From assembly GCA_964035545.1 (NCBI GenBank), contig OZ037765.1, forward strand, positions 12,100,698 through 12,164,697: DNA of 64,000 bases, in the 5' to 3' direction. The notes under the pieces were generated by a model, which did no database searches, was not told the origin of the DNA, and worked only from the letters and a program-made list of their open reading frames with translations. The position numbers and the translations under genes were made by a program. This DNA comes from Bugula neritina (taxonomy: Eukaryota; Animalia; Bryozoa). Shown piece by piece: positions 59,101 to 64,000 of this stretch. Numbering within the stretch: the first letter of the stretch is position 1; each line of letters opens with the position of its first letter.

Positions 59101-59333
59101 TAGAATTAGATAATCATATATTAACACTTATTAGTTATACTTATCGTATTACTATTAATATTAGTATTACTATCAGACATTAGCTATACTTAGAGTTATT
59201 ACCAATGTTAATGCAAAATATCAAAAAGTAAAAGTTTAGGCTTAACATAACATTAAACTTGCTGTGGATTTGGTTGTGGATAATTATAAACTCTTAATCC
59301 CATACTGATACTCATAGCCACTCACTCACATTT

Positions 59334-59734
59334 GAATCCGCGACATTTCGATAATGACAATTGGAAACCATCTATTTGGAAAATGGACAATTAGAAAATG
59401 GACAATTGGAAAATGACATTTGAAAAATGAATATGCGACAGGGCCTAGTCCAGAGGGGGCATTTAGTATCTGGTCGGGTTCAAAAAGCTTTTTGTAAATG
59501 TGAACAATTTTAAATTAGAACTACTCGGTAACTAATTCTACTTTCACGATAGCCTAACTAATTCGGCCATTATATTCATTTTTAAAAGCTATTTTGGAAT
59601 AGACCAGATGCCGGACTAGACCATGTCAAATATTTTTTATTTTCCAAATGTCTATTTTCCAATTGTCCATTTTCTAACTGTCCATTTTCCAAATAGGTGT
59701 TTTCCAATTGTCATTTTCGAAATGCCGTGCCACC
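59334..59734. mobile_element. Mutator-like MITE with 9-bp TSD
   Basis: CTCACATTT on both sides (59325-59333, 59735-59743); G...C ends; ~110-bp inverted arms built from ggaaaatggacaatt subterminal repeats. Confidence 0.75.
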
Positions 59735-59792
59735 CTCACATTTACAGTCTGATTTTCTCATAGTTTTTACAATTACTTTTAGTTTTATACTA

Positions 59793-60234
59793 GGGTGCAG
59801 GTCATTTCGCACATTAGTCGTTTTGTACCCACTTTTTCAGGTCGTTTCATACACATTTGATAGGTCGTTTCGTACACATCAGTATAAATTAAATAAAATA
59901 CATGTTTTTGATACTTATTTGTTATTTGATGTATGAGTAGTACAGCAAGAATAGAATAATATAAACATTAGCATTGATCAAAATAAAACCAAAAACATAG
60001 TAGTGTGTTCAATATAAAAATAAATATTAACACATTTAGTTTATCATGTAATGAATTAATATCAAACATTGATCAATAGGTGACATGGGATGCAATAAAT
60101 AAGTAAACTAGTATTATTTGCCTTTCAAGTAGTTATCCAGTGAATTAACTTATTGTTTATTTTGGGTACGGAATGGATAGCAGTTTCAGTTTGTGTACGA
60201 AACGACCAGTTTTTAGACGAAACGACAGCAACCC
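59793..60234. mobile_element. MITE with gtcgtttcgtacac subterminal repeats
   Basis: GGGT...ACCC termini, inverted gtcgtttcg/cgaaacgac repeats, imperfect flanks TTATACTA/TTATACTT. Confidence 0.65.
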
Positions 60235-61289
60235 TTATACTTATTCCTATACTTTTAGTTATACTTATTGCCGTATACTAGCTTATAGTTATTAGTTGCG
60301 ATGATATAAATATCAATAAATATAATATTAATAATAATACCAATAGTAATATTAATACAGAATCAAAAGACTTATACTTATACTATAAATTATACTTAAA
60401 GTTAATCTTATCCATATTAATATTAATATTCTGATATTGTAAAATATTGATATTGTAAAACTAAATCAGTAAATGTAATTGTCATACTGAGTGATACTTA
60501 AAGTTAATGATATTGATATTGTATTTTGAAATTCAAATAGTAACAGTTAATATCAATAGTAATACTAAATCTAATAGTAATACTAATACTAATAGTAAAT
60601 GTAATACTAATAGTAATACTGAGTAATAGTAATACTAATACTAATAGTAATACTATTACTATAAGTATAACTTAAACTATAGTAAATAAGTAATTCACTA
60701 ATTCAGTAATTGTGAGTTGAAATGTAATGACACAGCCTGCCTACCTGTTGGATCGCAATGGAAGCAGACACGGGTAGCTTTTTCAATTTGGCAACATGAG
60801 CAAATGCAATGACATTGAGTTTGATTTTCACTTTGAGTTTGTGACTCAGACTGAGACTGTTCAACTTCATCCATATCGGCTATCGCGACTTTGATATGAT
60901 TATCAAATTAAATTATTATTGATGATTGATGTTTCGGCACAAAAAAATCTTACTCCGTTTGATACATTAGTATTCAATTACTTATCTTCCAAGCATGTAT
61001 TATTCTATTTCAAGTTTTACTTCAGTATTTATAAATGTTCACAAGAAACTACATGTATGTTATTAGCATTGTACTTGTAGTGATTGTAGACACGAGGTTA
61101 GGGAATTAGCCTGAATTTCAACATTGATAGTCAACTACATTTTCGACTTATAAGATCTATCAACTGTCAATTTTTAGTTGCCAGGAACTTAGGTTATCAA
61201 GCTACAATAGCTTTTTTATTATTCAACTTCTTCAATAGCGAAGCAAGCGGTAAACTTGTCGAATGTAGCATTCTGGCGTTAGCCAGAGG

Positions 61290-61718
61290 CAGTGTGGTAT
61301 ATTAAGAGTGTTGACTTTAAACCATGAAAAATCATTATGTCGCTAATGGTACCGCAAGTTTATATAAGTTATAAAGGAAAAATTTTGCCACTTTTGTGAT
61401 TTTATTTTTTTTTTATATTATGTGTCTATTTTTTTTAGTTTTGTTTATTGGTAAAGTTTTTAAACATATTTTCAATACATATAAAATTTTAAAAAAAATT
61501 AAAACTTAATCATGCACGTAAATACAAAGCTATAAAGTTTAAGCTTCGCTGTGATTACAATGTGAATATGAATTGAATAATGCTTGCAATAACCATTTTA
61601 CACAAAATATGTTACAGTTGCAATAAATGTAAGACTAGTAAATTGGATGCAAATAGGCACGGTGATACTATTTAATTTATGCTATTTTTGAAATTTGTAG
61701 TAAATATTCGGCATGTAT

Positions 61719-61751
<33 letters not shown>

Positions 61752-62420
61752 AATATATTATATATTTTTATGTTATATATTGTTATATTATATATATTAT
61801 ATAAGTATAATAATATTATATATAATATATATATATTATAATAATATATTATATAATATAATAATATAATATATTATTATATTATCTATTATATTATATA
61901 TATATTATATATATATAATATCAAATAAAATATATTATTATATTATATTATTTATAATATATATATATATATTATAATAATATATTATATATTATTATAT
62001 ATTATATATTATATTATATTATATATATATATTATACAAGTATAATAATATTATATATAATATATATATATATTTTTTAATAATATATTATATATTATTA
62101 TATTATATATTATATTATATATATATTATATATATATAATATCATGTATAATATATTATTATATTATATATTATATTATATATGATATATATATATTATA
62201 ATAATATATTATGCATTAATATATTATATAATATATTATATATATATTATATATATAATAATATCATATATAATATATATAATATATTATTATATTATAT
62301 ATTATATTATATATATAATAATATCATATATAATATATTATTATATTATATATTAAATTATATACATTATATATATAATGATATTATATATAATATATAT
62401 ATATATACATATAATAATAT

Positions 62421-62491
<71 letters not shown>

Positions 62492-62928
62492 GCCGAATAT
62501 TTACTACAAAATTCAAAAATAGCATAAATTAAGTAGTATTACCGTGCTTATTTGCATCCAATTAACTAGTCTTACATTTATAGCAACTGTAACGTATTTT
62601 GTGTATAATGGTTATTGCAAGCATTATTCAATTCATATTCACATTAAAATCACAGCGAAGCTTGAACTTTATAGCTTTGTATTTATGTGCATGATTGAGT
62701 TTTAATTTTTCTTTTAATTTTATGTGCATTAAAAATGTGTTTAAAAACTTTACCAATAAAAAAAATTAAAAAAAATGTACACATAAAATAGAAAAAAAAT
62801 AAAATAACAAAAGTGGCAAAATTTTTCCCTTATAACTCATATAAACTCGCGGTACCAATCTCGGCATAATGGCGCCCATATGATTCCGTAAGATTTGCTA
62901 ATGGCAACACTCTTAATATACCACACTG
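61290..62928. mobile_element. Non-autonomous hAT foldback element
   Basis: Perfect 8-bp TSD GCCAGAGG (61282-61289, 62929-62936); 24-bp TIR cagtgtggtatattaagagtgttg; ~370-bp inner inverted arms (~61345-61720 vs ~62490-62860) around an AT-repeat core. Confidence 0.9.
61717..62490. repeat. (TA)/(TAT) low-complexity core of the hAT element
   Basis: Almost pure A/T; explains ORF 62182..62532. Confidence 0.95.
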
Positions 62929-64000
62929 GCCAGAGGAGCTAACCCCTATTCCACCTTTTTCTCTACGATATTATTATTATTATTTTATAGCTATTGTTTC
63001 GTCGTAACTAAGCCCACCTCACCATTCTATATTTCTCTCTCTATATTATCTTTACAACTACCGTGTTAGCCATAGTTCAAAAACGTTATCATAATATAGG
63101 TACATAAAATATTAGCAATTATGTCGGTAAATATTATAGTTGCACTTTTGAGTCATAATAATGGAAACGGTCCATACAAGAAAATATAACTCTACGAAAG
63201 CAGCATATTGAGTCAATGCAGGCTGTACTAGTAACATAATATTGGCCTGTAAAAAAGTTGAGACCCCATTATAAAATAGACTATTATAAATATCCATGCA
63301 GCTTCCATAAAAACAGAACTATTACTTTGATTTGGTTTATGACCACTTTGCTCTGCATTAATCTTTGCATAAACATCTTCGGCCCCTTTTTTAAAGATTT
63401 GAAAATTTGGTTTAATAAGATCATGTTTAAGTTTCCAGTATCCTATGCATAGTAAGCCAGCTGACCGTACCTAAGAGTGTTACAAAAATATACTTTGTAT
63501 TAAATTGCAAAATAGTTTGTGTTTTCTAGCTTCGACAAATTGAACTCTACGTAATTTAATAAACTGGCCGTAACTTTTTTTATTTTATCTTCTGGAGGAT
63601 TTAAATGTTTCTATTTTTTATTCCTACAAATCCTAACAAATAATTTGACCCAATTATGACAAAAAAGCTCATGCAAACTACAAACGAATAATTCGGCTAA
63701 TGAAACTATGCACAATATACATGTTGGCAATTTATATACCAAGGGCTACAACCAGTTTTCAAACTTGTGTGAATCATTAATTGTTTATATGAAATACAAA
63801 ACATATTGCACCTTTTGCCAATTTTCTGAAACCATTGCAATAGACACTTTATAAACATCATATTTGTTGCAATTGTTTTGTAGAGATCCACATATAATTT
63901 ATTTTAATGAGCCATTTAACTAAAAGTCAATGGTGAACTACGATGTTTGGTCATACAAACATAAACTAACAATGTACTGGCTGTTACATCAGATTATAGG

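Overview
AT-rich, intron-dense invertebrate (metazoan) genomic DNA; no prokaryotic features or CRISPR. I reconstructed six spliced genes by hand, checking GT-AG sites and intron phase. (1) Scribble/LAP polarity scaffold (minus strand, LRRs + LAPSD + first PDZ, runs off the left edge). (2) Fibrillarin (minus). (3) YTHDF m6A reader (plus), head-to-head with fibrillarin across ~300 bp. (4) A secreted non-animal-type (class I/III-like) heme peroxidase with a ~350-aa Arg/Phe- and Pro/Arg-repeat extension and a distal Arg->Gln substitution (plus). (5) DUSP19-like phosphatase (plus). (6) A B-box/coiled-coil/Tudor/CCHC-knuckle protein (minus, 5' end unresolved). Mobile DNA comprises two tRNA-derived SINEs, a solo LTR, a decayed RTE-type LINE, a Kolobok-like palindromic MITE (TTAA TSD), a hAT foldback element (8-bp TSD) and three other MITEs. 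The strongest leads are the peroxidase fusion, an array of pTyr docking motifs plus candidate PDZ-less isoforms in Scribble, the Tudor-knuckle protein, a candidate C/D snoRNA in a fibrillarin intron, and cryptic hexamer tracts recurring next to gene 5' ends. All homology calls come from recalled motifs; no searches were run.
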